This document shows positions 1-9,474 of a stretch of DNA of 64,000 nt, in pieces. Made by a program: the position numbers and the translations under genes. How positions within the stretch are numbered: position 1 is the first letter of the stretch; each line of letters begins with the position of its first letter. The notes under the pieces were generated by a model, which did no database searches, had not been told where the DNA came from, and saw only the letters and a list, made by a program, of their open reading frames with translations. Where the stretch lies: positions 224,001-288,000 of the forward strand of contig CAWIYV010000011.1 of the NCBI GenBank assembly GCA_963840455.1, read 5' to 3'. The DNA comes from Nitrospirota bacterium. Its GTDB lineage: Bacteria > Nitrospirota > UBA9217.

Positions 1-1035
1 GTCGAAGGCCGCGGGCTGTACGTCCAGATTATAGGCCCAGCTGCCCGGCGCGAAAGGCCCGGAGATGATGGTCCCCTGGCCGTTGAAGAACGAATCGAGC
101 ATCTCCTGCCGGTTCACCGCATGGGTGAAGGCCTGGCGCACGCGCTTGTCGGCAAGGAAGGGGTTCCGAACGTTGTAGCCGAAGAACGAATAGGACAGTG
201 CGTTGTAGGGCTTCAGCACGAACCGCTTGTCGCCCTGGATCTCGGGGATGTCCCGCGGGTTCACCAGCACGATCATGTCGATGGCGTTGAACATGAGCGC
301 CTGGGTCATGATGTTCTGGTCGGCGAAGGGCTTCTCCGCGAACTGGTTGATGTGGGGCCGTCCCTTGAAGTAGTTGTCATTGGCGACAAGAACGATCTCC
401 CGCTCGGGCGTGACGGTCTTGAACAGATAAGGACCGGTCCCGATGGGGTGCTGCACGAAGGGATCGTCCCGCGTCAGGAACTGCTGGTTCGCCGGACCGT
501 GCTTCGGGATGATCTTGAAGCTGAACTTGGCCAGGGCGTTCAGGATGGGCCGCTTGAGCGTGAACTTCACGGTGGCGTCGTCCACCTTCTCGATCGCGTC
601 GATGAACTCGTACCGCACCTTGAGGGGCGTGATGGTCTTGGGGTGCATCATGATCTTGTAGGTGAACACCACGTCGTCGGCCGTGAACGGCTTTGGCGCG
701 GTCTCACCCTCCTTCGGGTGCCAGGTCACGTCCTTCCGGAGGAAGAAGGTGTAGGTCCGGCCGTCCTTGGAGGACTCCCACCGCTCCGCCAGCTCGGGCA
801 CGATCTCCTGCTTCTCGTTAATGCCCACAAGGCCGTTGAAAATCAGCTCGGTGATGCGGAGCGAGATCATCTCATTGCTCGTGATGGGATCGAGCGTGGC
901 CGGCCGGCCGTATTCCCCGTAGCTCAGGGAGCCTCCGTCGGGCCTGCCGTCATTCTTGGGGGCCGCCCCGGCAGGGGCCGTCACCAGCACGGTAAGGGTC
1001 ATGACCAGTATCAGAACCATCAGCGTCCGTTTCAT
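1..1035 (-). CDS. ABC transporter substrate-binding protein, family 5 (peptide/nickel type); 3' end runs off the window
   Basis: Manual translation from ATG 1035: signal peptide MKRTLMVLILV..., then PATLDP, LIFNGLV, PELAERWE.S.DG.TYTF.LRKDVTWH, FTADDVVFT and PIGTGPY motifs; GAGGAGG RBS. Confidence 0.9.
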   Translation of the reverse strand, partial: MKRTLMVLILVMTLTVLVTAPAGAAPKNDGRPDGGSLSYGEYGRPATLDPITSNEMISLRITELIFNGLVGINEKQEIVPELAERWESSKDGRTYTFFLRKDVTWHPKEGETAPKPFTADDVVFTYKIMMHPKTITPLKVRYEFIDAIEKVDDATVKFTLKRPILNALAKFSFKIIPKHGPANQQFLTRDDPFVQHPIGTGPYLFKTVTPEREIVLVANDNYFKGRPHINQFAEKPFADQNIMTQALMFNAIDMIVLVNPRDIPEIQGDKRFVLKPYNALSYSFFGYNVRNPFLADKRVRQAFTHAVNRQEMLDSFFNGQGTIISGPFAPGSWAYNLDVQPAAFD

Positions 1036-1075
1036 AGTTCCCTCCTCAAAATGGTACTCATATCAAATCAAGGCG

Positions 1076-1223
1076 TTCACCGCAGAGCACGCGGAGGACG
1101 CGGTGAAAAATCGAGCAAAAATCTATCCTGTTTAGAGCAATTAAATCCTTTCCCGCCCATGTCGATACGTGTCTTCAGCCGTTCTTTGGCCTTCTCTGCG
1201 GGCTCTGCGATCTCTGCGGTAAA
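1076..1223. repeat. Inverted 9-bp tandem array pair (CGCRGAGnn)3...(CTCTGCGnn)3
   Basis: caccgcagagcacgcggaggacgcgg at ~1078-1104 and ctctgcgggctctgcgatctctgcggtaa at ~1194-1222. Confidence 0.8.
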
Positions 1224-1226
1224 AAA

Positions 1227-2708
1227 CTAATTGATCTTCACGTCCCCGGCGCTCTTGTGCTCCATGGAGTAGATGCCCTGCAGTGCCTCCTGGATCTGGC
1301 GCACCTCGGGGAACTGCTTGCTCATCTCAAAGTAGATCTCCAGGGCCTCGGAGAACTTCTTCGTTCGGTAATAGGCATCGGACAGGTCCACGAGCATCAC
1401 CGGGTCGTTGGACTCGATCTTGTTCTTGTTCCCCTTGTCCCTCCCTGCCTCGAGATAGGAGACGGCCTTCGCCGTATCCTTCTTCGAGAGATAGTACCTG
1501 CCCAGTCCGACGTTCAGGATGGCGAAGCGCTTGCCGTCGCCTGCCTCGACCACGCCCGCAGAGGTCTGCGCGGTGCGGGGGCAGTCGATCCTGAGCCTGC
1601 CGCAGGTCGCCAGGATGTCGGACAGGAGCTCAGGATCGCCCGGTTGTTTCTGCGTCAGTTCGTCCCATACGCCGATGGCCTCGGCATGCTTCCCCTTCTG
1701 CTGCTGCAGCGCCCCCTGGCGGACCATGGCCTTGTTCTTGAACTGCAACGGCATCTGGGGAGCAGCGAGGAACGCCGCCGTTGCCTTCGCCGCCTGGTCC
1801 GTGTTCCCGGCGAGCGCCTGGGCCTCGCCGAGGTAGTAGCTTGCGATGCCCTTGAGCTGCGGGTCCGAGGCCGCCTTCTCAAGCGATGCCAGGCTGGCCT
1901 GGAGGTAGAAAGCCGCAAGGTTCGGCAGGACCTGAAGGTCGTAGAACGTGATCACCTTGCTCTTGCTGATGGTCTCGCGGTACGAATAGGATTTCATATC
2001 CGCGCGCTGAAGAAGGTCGAGACCCTTGTCGAGGGACCCCGCCCGTGCGTACACGCCCAGGCAGTTCTTCGCAGCAATGAGGGACAGCGGTTTGCCGCCC
2101 TTCTTGACGTCCGCCAGCGCCTCGTCGCACAGGGCGACGGGATCTTTTTCAACGAGGCCCGCCCTGCTGTACGCAGCGGCAAGCTCGGTCTTTACATCGG
2201 GATCGGAACTGTTGATGCCGCCCCAGAGCTCTTGCGCCTTCTGCTTGTCCCCTCTCACGTTGGCCGCCGTTCCCAGCGCGATTTTTGCTATGGCCTTGTA
2301 CCTGGCACCGCCGCCTCCGGCGAGGAACTTCTCGAGCGGTGCCTGCGCAGGCGCCGCCTTCCCGCCCTCCAACAGCGCGAGCCCGAGGTACAGGTCGCTG
2401 TACATGCTGCGGCCCGCGCCACGGTCCGACGAGAGCCGCTTCAGATAATCGGCGTTCACCTCCGCGGACATCTGCGCCAGCCCCTGGTGCAGCTCGCCGT
2501 TCTTAAGGTAGATCATGCCGAGGGTGAGCCGGGCCGGAGACTGCTTGCTCTGCTCCAGAGACGGGAGCGCTGCGCGGAGGTCGCGCGCAGCGTCCTCGTA
2601 CCGGTGCTTCTCATAGGCCTTCATGGCCTTCTGGACCGGATCGTCGGCGGCATGGGCCGGACATGCGGCCAGACCTATGCTTAAAATCAGAAAGAAAACC
2701 ACGTACAT
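1227..2708 (-). CDS. Exported TPR-repeat protein
   Basis: N-terminal signal peptide and repeated helical TPR patterns (e.g. YYLGEAQALAG, LSDAYYRTKKFSEALEIY). Confidence 0.8.
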   Translation of the reverse strand: MYVVFFLILSIGLAACPAHAADDPVQKAMKAYEKHRYEDAARDLRAALPSLEQSKQSPARLTLGMIYLKNGELHQGLAQMSAEVNADYLKRLSSDRGAGRSMYSDLYLGLALLEGGKAAPAQAPLEKFLAGGGGARYKAIAKIALGTAANVRGDKQKAQELWGGINSSDPDVKTELAAAYSRAGLVEKDPVALCDEALADVKKGGKPLSLIAAKNCLGVYARAGSLDKGLDLLQRADMKSYSYRETISKSKVITFYDLQVLPNLAAFYLQASLASLEKAASDPQLKGIASYYLGEAQALAGNTDQAAKATAAFLAAPQMPLQFKNKAMVRQGALQQQKGKHAEAIGVWDELTQKQPGDPELLSDILATCGRLRIDCPRTAQTSAGVVEAGDGKRFAILNVGLGRYYLSKKDTAKAVSYLEAGRDKGNKNKIESNDPVMLVDLSDAYYRTKKFSEALEIYFEMSKQFPEVRQIQEALQGIYSMEHKSAGDVKIN

Positions 2709-2745
2709 GCAAGCTCCTTAAGCCAAAACAGAAGAAAACCTTTCT

Positions 2746-2850
2746 CCCGCGGAGTACGCGGAGCACGCAGAGAGCTTCTCATGCAGAAGATAACCCGCTC
2801 TTTCTATTCTTTCCGCCTTCCTCTGCGACCTCTGCGATCTCTGCGGTAAA
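2746..2850. repeat. Inverted 9-bp tandem array pair, same family as 1076-1223
   Basis: ccgcggagtacgcggagcacgcagag ... ctctgcgacctctgcgatctctgcggtaaa. Confidence 0.8.
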
Positions 2851-2884
2851 TGAAGACTTTCATCTATTTTTTTCCGCTCTCGTA

Positions 2885-4086
2885 TCACTCTTTCATTCTT
2901 GCCACGAAGATCTGGTCCCACTGGTCCACTTGTGCCCGGAACGCTATGGTCCCGTCGGGCGAGCACGCCACGTCGTGGTTCATCTTGGTGTCGGTCTTGA
3001 GGAGCCAGGGCGTTCTCTCCGCTATGTTCACCACATAGAGGGGGTGGTATTCCTGCCGGTCGTTCTTTACGTACACGAGCCTCTTGCTGTCGTGCATCCA
3101 CGCGGGCCCGCGCTCCACGTCGGGGACCACATCGACGGCCACGGCCTTCGCAGCGAGCCCGTCACCCGTTGCCGGGTCCGAGCCGTCCGCGGCGACCACC
3201 ATGATGGACCAGATCCGCGGGTCGCCCTGCGGATTGTAGTTCGAATAGAAAGCGATCTTCTTCCCGTCAGGCGACCAGACCGGACGGATGTCGTCGTGTT
3301 CCCATGCCGTGAGCGCCTTGACCGATTCCGCAGGCCTGCTCACGTCGTTGATGACCGCTATGTCGTGGTTCTCGTTGTTCCCGTGCATATAGACGATCCG
3401 CTTACCGTCCGGCGACCACTGGGGATAGAGATTTTCTTTCCCGCTGTGGGTGAGCCGCGTCAGCGCGCGGGTGCCTGCGTCCATGAGGTAGATATCTCCC
3501 TTGTCCGTCCGGCCCGACACGAACACGATCGTGTTCGATGACGGCGACCAGTCGGACTGGCCGTCCTTCTCCTTGTGCTCCGTGATGCGGGTGACCGGCT
3601 TGCCGCCCATGTCGCCGACATAGAGGTCATAATTCCCTTCACCGCCGTTGCTCATGAACACAAAGCGCTCCTCACGCGGCGACCAGGAGATGCCGGCGTT
3701 GTAGCTGATGTCCTCCACCACGCCGGGGAAGAAGAACTTCATGTCCCCGCCTGCTGCGCGCAGATAATAGACGGTCTGGAACACCAGGCCGTCCGCCAGG
3801 GCGATGTGGATCTCCTTCTTGTCTCCGATGCTGCGCTCGAATGAGAGGAACATCCCCGAACGGGACCAGACGGGATTGCCGTCATTCCTGCCGGACTCGA
3901 CCGCGGTGAAAGGCCGGACAAAGACCGGTTCGATCGTCCCGACCTTCCTGACCGGCTCCTCGGGAACCGTCTGGGCAGGCAACACTGCCGGCGCTGCGTC
4001 CTCCGCGCCGACGCACCGTGCCGCCGCGATCAGCGCCAGGAGGCACCACGCCGCGATTCCGGACCCCCGTCCCCCTCTTTTCGATC
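2885..4086 (-). CDS. TolB-like PD40/WD40 beta-propeller protein; start region disrupted by a 1-bp indel
   Basis: Repeated P.WSPDG motifs. The frame extends upstream of the called GTG through a signal peptide (KRGGRGSGIAAWCLLALIAAA) but has no in-frame start. Confidence 0.8.
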
Positions 4087-4107
4087 AGCAGGCGTCATAC
4101 CCTACCG

Positions 4108-6675
4108 TTACAAGCTCCTGATCTGGTCCCAGTATTTCTGGGCGGCCTGGCGGCTCTGCTCATAGGTGCTGTTCCCTTCAAGCTTTTTCGGGAAGAAGTC
4201 GAAGTACTCGCGCCACGCCGTATTTGCGTCGTTCAGCACCGTGGCCTTTTTCGTGATCAGATACAGCTTATGGTACGAGAGCGCCAGATAATAATAGGTG
4301 TCGTGCAGGGCCTCGTCATACCGCATCGTCGGGAAGAACCGCGTGTTCTGCTTGGCGATCTGGAGCTTCTGGATTGCCAGGGCAAAGTTCTGGGCCGCCG
4401 CCTGCTTGTCCGTTGCCACCAGCGCGTTGCCCTTCTCGTAATAGGCATGGCCCAGGTTGGCGAAGGCCACGGAGAACTGCTTGTAGATCAGCTGCTGGTT
4501 CTCGGGAAGGGACAGCACGTTCTCGAACTCCCGAATGGCCGCGTCGTAGTCGTTCTTGTCGTCGAGGTAGATCGTGGCCAGCCGGTGGTGCGACTCGGAA
4601 TAGTCGGGATGGCCCTTTTCCGTGCTGCGGTATGCGGCGATGGCCCCGTCAATATCGCCTTTCTGCTCCGCGTTCTCTCCGATCTTCAGGAAGTCCCTGT
4701 AGAGCACAATGGCCTTGCCGCCCGTGCGGTCCTCGGTCTTCGAGGCGAACTCGACCACCTCTTCCCAGTCGCGGTAGTCGCCGCCCAGGGAGATCCTCAC
4801 GGTATGGAATCCGAGGGTCACGGGCCTGCCATCAATGACGGGCGTCCTGCCGATCTTGTCCCCATCAACGTAGACATCGGCGCCTGAGGGCTGCGAATCC
4901 ACCTTGAACAGGGCATTGTTCACCGTGAGGGTATATTCCTTCACATCCCGGCTCTTCTCGACCTGCAACTTGCCGCTCACCTGCTGGTAGCCGTGGCGGT
5001 AGAGCACCAGGTCGTACTTCTTGCCGAGCCGGACCGGCACTTCGGCCTTGCCGTCCGCGCCGGTCGTGCTGATCCACTCGTCGTTCATGTAGATGTTCAC
5101 TCCGGCGAGCGGTGTCACGTCTGGCGGCACGCCGCCTTTCGTGGACAGGACGACCGTGTTCTTTTCCTGCTCCTCGTCCTCGCGGATGGCCACGCGGACG
5201 ACCCGGTCGCCAAGCGATATCTTCTCGCCTTTTTTCAGGTTCTCCACCTCGGTGACCGAGAACGTATCATCGACCTTCTTCACCTTCAGCCGGCCGATCT
5301 CCCGGTAGCCGGAGATCTTGCCCGACTCGTCCAGCCCCGGCGTCATGACGCTGAATTCCATGCCCTTGCCGATCTTGTACGCCGTCTTGCCGAGGTTGAT
5401 CGTGGGGCGTTCCTCCTGGGGTTCGATCACGGTCCCCTCGAAGGGAAACTTGGCCAGCACCGCGGCGGCGATGTCCTTGGCCGCGCTCCCGATGCTCCCC
5501 TCGTTCCTGGCCCGTGCCAGCTGGCTGTGAAGGAGCTTGCCGCCGGACGTATAGAACTTGGTCTCGATCAGGATCCCGCTGTCGTCCTTGGCAACGCTGC
5601 CCAGCACGATCATGTCCACGGTCCTTTTGAGCGGCGTTTCGCGCCAGCCCTTGACCGTGATCTTCTCGATGTTCAGCTTCGCCTGCTTCATCTCTGCCTG
5701 GAGCGTCTTGGACGGCACTTCCTTGAAACAGCCGAACTTGAAGAGCTGGCTGCCCACGGCTTCCTCGGTCTGGGCGACGATGTCCTTCATGTCCACGTTC
5801 GGCGTGTTGCCCACAAAGCGGTAGATCCCGGTCCGGATGGGCCTGGCCGTGGTGGGATAGAAATAGTGCTGAACCGCGATCTCGCCTTCGAGCGTCAGCG
5901 ACTTCTTCCAGCTCGGGGGGATGTAGCCCGGCGCCGTGATGACGACCGTGACCTTCTTGCCTGGCTCGCCGTCGTAGGTCCAGTTCACTGCTCCCTTGGC
6001 GTCGGTCTTGAGCGCCTTCTTGTCGATCGTGACCGAAAGACCCTGAAGTCCGGTGGACTGGCCGTATTCCTCCGTAAGCGCCGTCACGGTCACGACCACC
6101 CGCTTCGAGAGCGCTGCCTCGATCCGCTGTCCTGGTTCGATACTGCCGGTCCGCTTCCAGACAGCATAGCCCGCCTTCGACACGGTGAGCTCCACCCCTT
6201 CCTTGGGAAGCGATTGATAATCATACACGAACTCTCCATTCGCACCGGTCTTCCCGGCCTCCTTGCCCGCAGCCTTGACCACGGCATCGGCAATGGGCGC
6301 TCCCTTTTCCGTCGCCACGATCGTGACGAAACGCGTGGCAGCGAGCTCGGCATCGAAGACATACCGGTCCATTCCCTCTTTCTGCGGGAGCTTCATCACG
6401 AAGGCGGTCTTCCATGGGGATATCCGGTAGCCCGGCATCTCCTTGGTCACGACCACCGTCACCTCGGCCCCCGGCTTCTTGGTGAGGACCTTGACGAAGG
6501 AGCCGTCGCTGCCGGTCAAACCCTCCTCCACGCCGTCGACCGCGACCCGCGCCTGGGCCACGGGCTGGCCGTCGATCTTTGCCTTGACCTCAAGGCCCAT
6601 CTTCTCGCCGGCGCATCCGGAGAACAGGAACGATGCTGCCGCAATCACGACCGCAATGAACACTCGCTTGACCAT
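4108..6675 (-). CDS. Lipoprotein with Ig/carboxypeptidase-regulatory-like repeats, PEGA domain and C-terminal TPR
   Basis: Lipobox FSGC; repeated G.TG.DG beta-sandwich modules; PEGA signature VDSQPSGADVYVDG..IGRTP; TPR C-terminus. Confidence 0.85.
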   Translation of the reverse strand: MVKRVFIAVVIAAASFLFSGCAGEKMGLEVKAKIDGQPVAQARVAVDGVEEGLTGSDGSFVKVLTKKPGAEVTVVVTKEMPGYRISPWKTAFVMKLPQKEGMDRYVFDAELAATRFVTIVATEKGAPIADAVVKAAGKEAGKTGANGEFVYDYQSLPKEGVELTVSKAGYAVWKRTGSIEPGQRIEAALSKRVVVTVTALTEEYGQSTGLQGLSVTIDKKALKTDAKGAVNWTYDGEPGKKVTVVITAPGYIPPSWKKSLTLEGEIAVQHYFYPTTARPIRTGIYRFVGNTPNVDMKDIVAQTEEAVGSQLFKFGCFKEVPSKTLQAEMKQAKLNIEKITVKGWRETPLKRTVDMIVLGSVAKDDSGILIETKFYTSGGKLLHSQLARARNEGSIGSAAKDIAAAVLAKFPFEGTVIEPQEERPTINLGKTAYKIGKGMEFSVMTPGLDESGKISGYREIGRLKVKKVDDTFSVTEVENLKKGEKISLGDRVVRVAIREDEEQEKNTVVLSTKGGVPPDVTPLAGVNIYMNDEWISTTGADGKAEVPVRLGKKYDLVLYRHGYQQVSGKLQVEKSRDVKEYTLTVNNALFKVDSQPSGADVYVDGDKIGRTPVIDGRPVTLGFHTVRISLGGDYRDWEEVVEFASKTEDRTGGKAIVLYRDFLKIGENAEQKGDIDGAIAAYRSTEKGHPDYSESHHRLATIYLDDKNDYDAAIREFENVLSLPENQQLIYKQFSVAFANLGHAYYEKGNALVATDKQAAAQNFALAIQKLQIAKQNTRFFPTMRYDEALHDTYYYLALSYHKLYLITKKATVLNDANTAWREYFDFFPKKLEGNSTYEQSRQAAQKYWDQIRSL

Positions 6676-6771
6676 GGAAAGCCTCCTCGGGAACTGTTAC
6701 CTAGTGAACAGCAGAGCTCGGAAACACAATATTCAATTTCCATACGACCTGCAATCGGACGGTTTGACGCA

Positions 6772-7221
6772 CTACATCGTCGGCGGCTGGATGTTCACCT
6801 CGCCGGGGTTCACGATCTTGTCCTCGTCGGACCGGGACCCCTCAATGGACTTCCGCTTGCCTTCGGCGATCTTCTTGAGCTTGAACTCCACCTTCTTGCC
6901 GCCGAACTTCGTGATCTCCACGGTCTGGGTGTCGGTCTGGTACCCGATCCTGCTCGCCTCAACCTTGTACATGCCCGGCGTGAGCTTCCCCTTCTCCGAC
7001 TCGAACTTGCCTTCTTTGTTCACCGTCACGGCATGGGAAGCCTGTTCGAGGGTGGAGGTGGTGTTGATCATGTTCACCACCGTGCCCTCCGGGCTCTCCT
7101 TCGCGGGCGGGATAGGCTGCATAGTGGGGTCCATGAGCTGGAGCGTGCCGTAGATCTTCGGCGAGCATGCGGACAACAGGAGCAGACAGGCGATCAGGGC
7201 GAACTTCTGAGTGTGGCGCAT
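6772..7221 (-). CDS. Lipoprotein with carboxypeptidase-regulatory-like beta-sandwich domain
   Basis: MRHTQK..LLLLSAC lipobox; VN.EGKF..LTPG.Y.VEASRIGY; CAGGAGG RBS. Confidence 0.8.
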   Translation of the reverse strand: MRHTQKFALIACLLLLSACSPKIYGTLQLMDPTMQPIPPAKESPEGTVVNMINTTSTLEQASHAVTVNKEGKFESEKGKLTPGMYKVEASRIGYQTDTQTVEITKFGGKKVEFKLKKIAEGKRKSIEGSRSDEDKIVNPGEVNIQPPTM

Positions 7222-7276
7222 GATATTCTTCCTCCTGGGCGTAATGGGCGTTGTCGGTCCCGGCGAATGCAGACAC

Positions 7277-7332
7277 AAAAAAACCGCCAAAGTCTATATC
7301 CAACGGATGTTAGAATACTTGGACTTTGGCGG
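7277..7332 (-). terminator. Intrinsic terminator forming the riboswitch expression platform
   Basis: On the minus strand CCGCCAAAGTC ... GACTTTGGCGG is followed by T7, and its 5' arm overlaps the aptamer P1 3' strand. Confidence 0.85.
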
Positions 7333-7434
7333 CCCGACTGGCGTATAAACCGGAACCTCGATGATCTGAAGCGGTTTTCTGTAGCCTCGGTGCTCTGCGT
7401 CCCCGGGTTTCCCCGGGTTTGCTCTGAGCAAAGT
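7323..7434 (-). ncRNA. GEMM-I (c-di-GMP-I family) riboswitch aptamer, A20 variant
   Basis: Minus strand ACUUUG-CUCAGAGCAAACCCGGG-GAAA-CCCGGGGACGCAGAGC...GCUAC...CAGUCGGGCCGC-CAAAGU matches the GCAAACC/GNRA/GGGACGCAxAGC core; P1 is ACUUUG/CAAAGU. Confidence 0.85.
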
Positions 7435-7472
7435 TCTTATTATGTACGCTTTACCTGCAATTAATTCGTCAT

Positions 7473-7501
7473 ACTGTAGCATTTGCGCTGATCGATGTCA
7501 A
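7473..7501 (-). promoter_or_regulatory. Sigma70 promoter upstream of the riboswitch
   Basis: TTGACA-17 bp-TACAGT on the minus strand. Confidence 0.75.
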
Positions 7502-7551
7502 GACTGCTTGTACGTGAAAGGAGCTCCGCGAAAAAAAAAGCCCTCGGGCGG

Positions 7552-8424
7552 TCAGGCCGGTCCCCGGGCGGACTTTTTCGCCTGCTTCTGTTCATACATT
7601 TGGGCATCGGCCTGCCGGATCAGCTCATCCACGGTAATGGGCCTGGCCGGATCGAATATGGCGAGACCCAGGCTCACCGAGAGGCGAAACGTGCCTTCCC
7701 GGCGGGCATTGTACTCGACAAAACGCTTCTCGAGACGGTCCCGTACCGTAGCGATGCCCGAGTCAGGCGCATTGCCGAGGATCACCGCGAACTCATCGCC
7801 GCCCATGCGGGCGATGATATCGGAATCACGAAAGGTCTCGCGGAAGATCTGGGCAGTGTCCGCCAGGGCCCGGTCGCCGGATACGTGACCGAAGGTGTCA
7901 TTGATGGACTTGAGATCGTCCAGGTCGGCGAAGAACAGCACCATGCGCTCGCTGTTCCGCACCGCATGCCTCATCTGCTGCTGCGTGAAGGCAAAGAACC
8001 CGCGCCGGTTCGCAAGGCCCGTCAGCTCATCGGTGATCGCGAGCGCCCGCAGGTGGTCCTGCAGTTTCCCGTGCTTGATCCGCACCAGGAGCTCATGGAC
8101 CGTGAACGGCTTCCTGATGAAGTCCGCTGCCCCGGCCCGGATGGACTCTTCGTAGGAAAATTCCTCGACGAACCCAGTCATGACGATGGCCGTCATATCG
8201 GGATGGATGCGCTTGGCCCTGTCCACCAGATCGAGCCCCCGTATCCCCGGCATAACGATGTCCGTGAGCAGGATATCGGGATGAGTCCGCTCCAGTGCCG
8301 CCAGGGCGTCCTCGGACCGCGTGAAGGCCTCACAGGTGTAGCCCTCCATACAGAGGGACTGCCGGAGGATGTCCAGGATGGCCACGTCGTCGTCGACGAT
8401 CATGATAGAGGGGTTCTTATTCAT
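7552..8424 (-). CDS. Response regulator diguanylate cyclase (REC-GGDEF)
   Basis: REC (IVDDD, LLTDIVMP, KPF); DELTGLANRR, INDTFGHVSGD, RDSD I-site, GGDEF. Confidence 0.95.
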   Translation of the reverse strand: MNKNPSIMIVDDDVAILDILRQSLCMEGYTCEAFTRSEDALAALERTHPDILLTDIVMPGIRGLDLVDRAKRIHPDMTAIVMTGFVEEFSYEESIRAGAADFIRKPFTVHELLVRIKHGKLQDHLRALAITDELTGLANRRGFFAFTQQQMRHAVRNSERMVLFFADLDDLKSINDTFGHVSGDRALADTAQIFRETFRDSDIIARMGGDEFAVILGNAPDSGIATVRDRLEKRFVEYNARREGTFRLSVSLGLAIFDPARPITVDELIRQADAQMYEQKQAKKSARGPA

Positions 8425-8505
8425 GGGGTGTGCTCCGGGATACGCGAAACGCACTCGGGATACGGCCGCATTGTAGCATAGAACCCGTCTCCGAGGGCAT
8501 AAACG

Positions 8506-8763
8506 TCACGCTCCTGCCTTCCGCCCCTGCGTGTCCGGGGAGCTGCCCGAAGAAGACCTCTTGTTCCGAAAAGAGAGGAAGGCGCCGAGGAACGCCATGG
8601 CCGAGACGAACAGGAAGAACCAGCCCGCGACCTTGAACAACAGCCCCGCAAGGCCTTGCCCCGCTGCCGTAGGATCGATCCCGAGCAGGAGCAGGCCAAG
8701 CGCGCCGATGATGGATCCTGCCGCCACTCCTACCACCGGTCGTCGTGATACGATCCCAGCCAT
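8506..8763 (-). CDS. Small two-TM membrane protein
   Basis: AAAGGAG RBS before ATG 8763; two hydrophobic helices. Confidence 0.55.
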   Translation of the reverse strand: MAGIVSRRPVVGVAAGSIIGALGLLLLGIDPTAAGQGLAGLLFKVAGWFFLFVSAMAFLGAFLSFRNKRSSSGSSPDTQGRKAGA

Positions 8764-8802
8764 CGTTGTCCGCTCCTTTCGAAATCTCTTTACAGAGGGT
8801 GT

Positions 8803-8875
8803 TGTCATTCTGATGGCAGCGAAGAATCTCACATTTCCGGACCGTTGCAAACCCTTCACTTCGTTTAGAGTGACA
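8803..8875. repeat. REP-like palindrome TGTCATTCTGA...GAAGAATCT / ...CTTC..TTCG..AGAGTGACA
   Basis: Imperfect inverted ends tgtcattctga and tttagagtgaca; single degenerate copy here. Confidence 0.55.
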
Positions 8876-8985
8876 GTTTAAAGAAAGAGGTATTGGACTC
8901 ACTCCATCAGTATATTGAGTATATAAGGAAGCAATTCCGGGTGCAAATAAAAAGACACCCTCCCCGGGGACAGGGAGGATGTCGA

Positions 8986-9436
8986 TCGAAGCTCCCTGCA
9001 GCAAGCTGCAGGGAGCTTCGATCCTCACGGTAGTACTATTTATTTTGGGCCTTCTCCCTCGTGAGTGGGTATATTATTTCATTTTTTGCATATCCCCTTC
9101 GCGTCCTGAATGAAATTCCTGACCCGTCTAAGGCCACGTCCGCTCGCCCGCGCAAACTCGGCCTTCGGCCTCAGACATGCGCGTTCGCCCTGCGGGACGC
9201 TGCCTTAGGCCAAGACGGGGGCCCAGGTATTTCATAGGGCCACGCCGGGGACATGCGGGGCTTGGGTAAAGACCAATGCCTCTGACTTTCCAGAGGCCCC
9301 TACATCCCGTAAACAGGTCTGTGAATTCGTTCGAGATCCTAATGATTGTACCCACTTGTTCCGGAGACGACCCTTTATTCTAATCGCTCGCTAACCCCGC
9401 AGCAAGCTACGGGGAATGCGCTCGCTCCTGGATCCA
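8986..9436 (+). mobile_element. ~115-bp two-hairpin dispersed element, copy 1, split by a nested insertion
   Basis: Left half 8986-9046 and right half 9374-9436 match the intact copies. Confidence 0.85.
9047..9373. mobile_element. Non-autonomous MITE (~327 bp) with imperfect TIRs and an 8-bp target duplication
   Basis: Ends GGGCCTTCTCC-N6-AGTGGGTA and (rc) GGGTCGTCTCC-N6-AGTGGGTA; flanks TTTATTTT / TTTATTCT. Confidence 0.75.
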
Positions 9437-9474
9437 TTACGAGCAGGATCGGTCAGTCTGTGCAGGTCCCGCGG

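Noticed and set aside
121-7464. Long plus-strand ORFs (369, 475 and 823 aa and similar elsewhere)
   Set aside because: Antisense shadows of real genes, typical of high-GC DNA.
7552-8424. Adjacent GGDEF as the cGAMP synthase (Hypr-GGDEF) for the riboswitch
   Set aside because: It keeps the guanine-specifying Asp (GHVSGD) rather than Ser/Thr, so it reads as a normal diguanylate cyclase.
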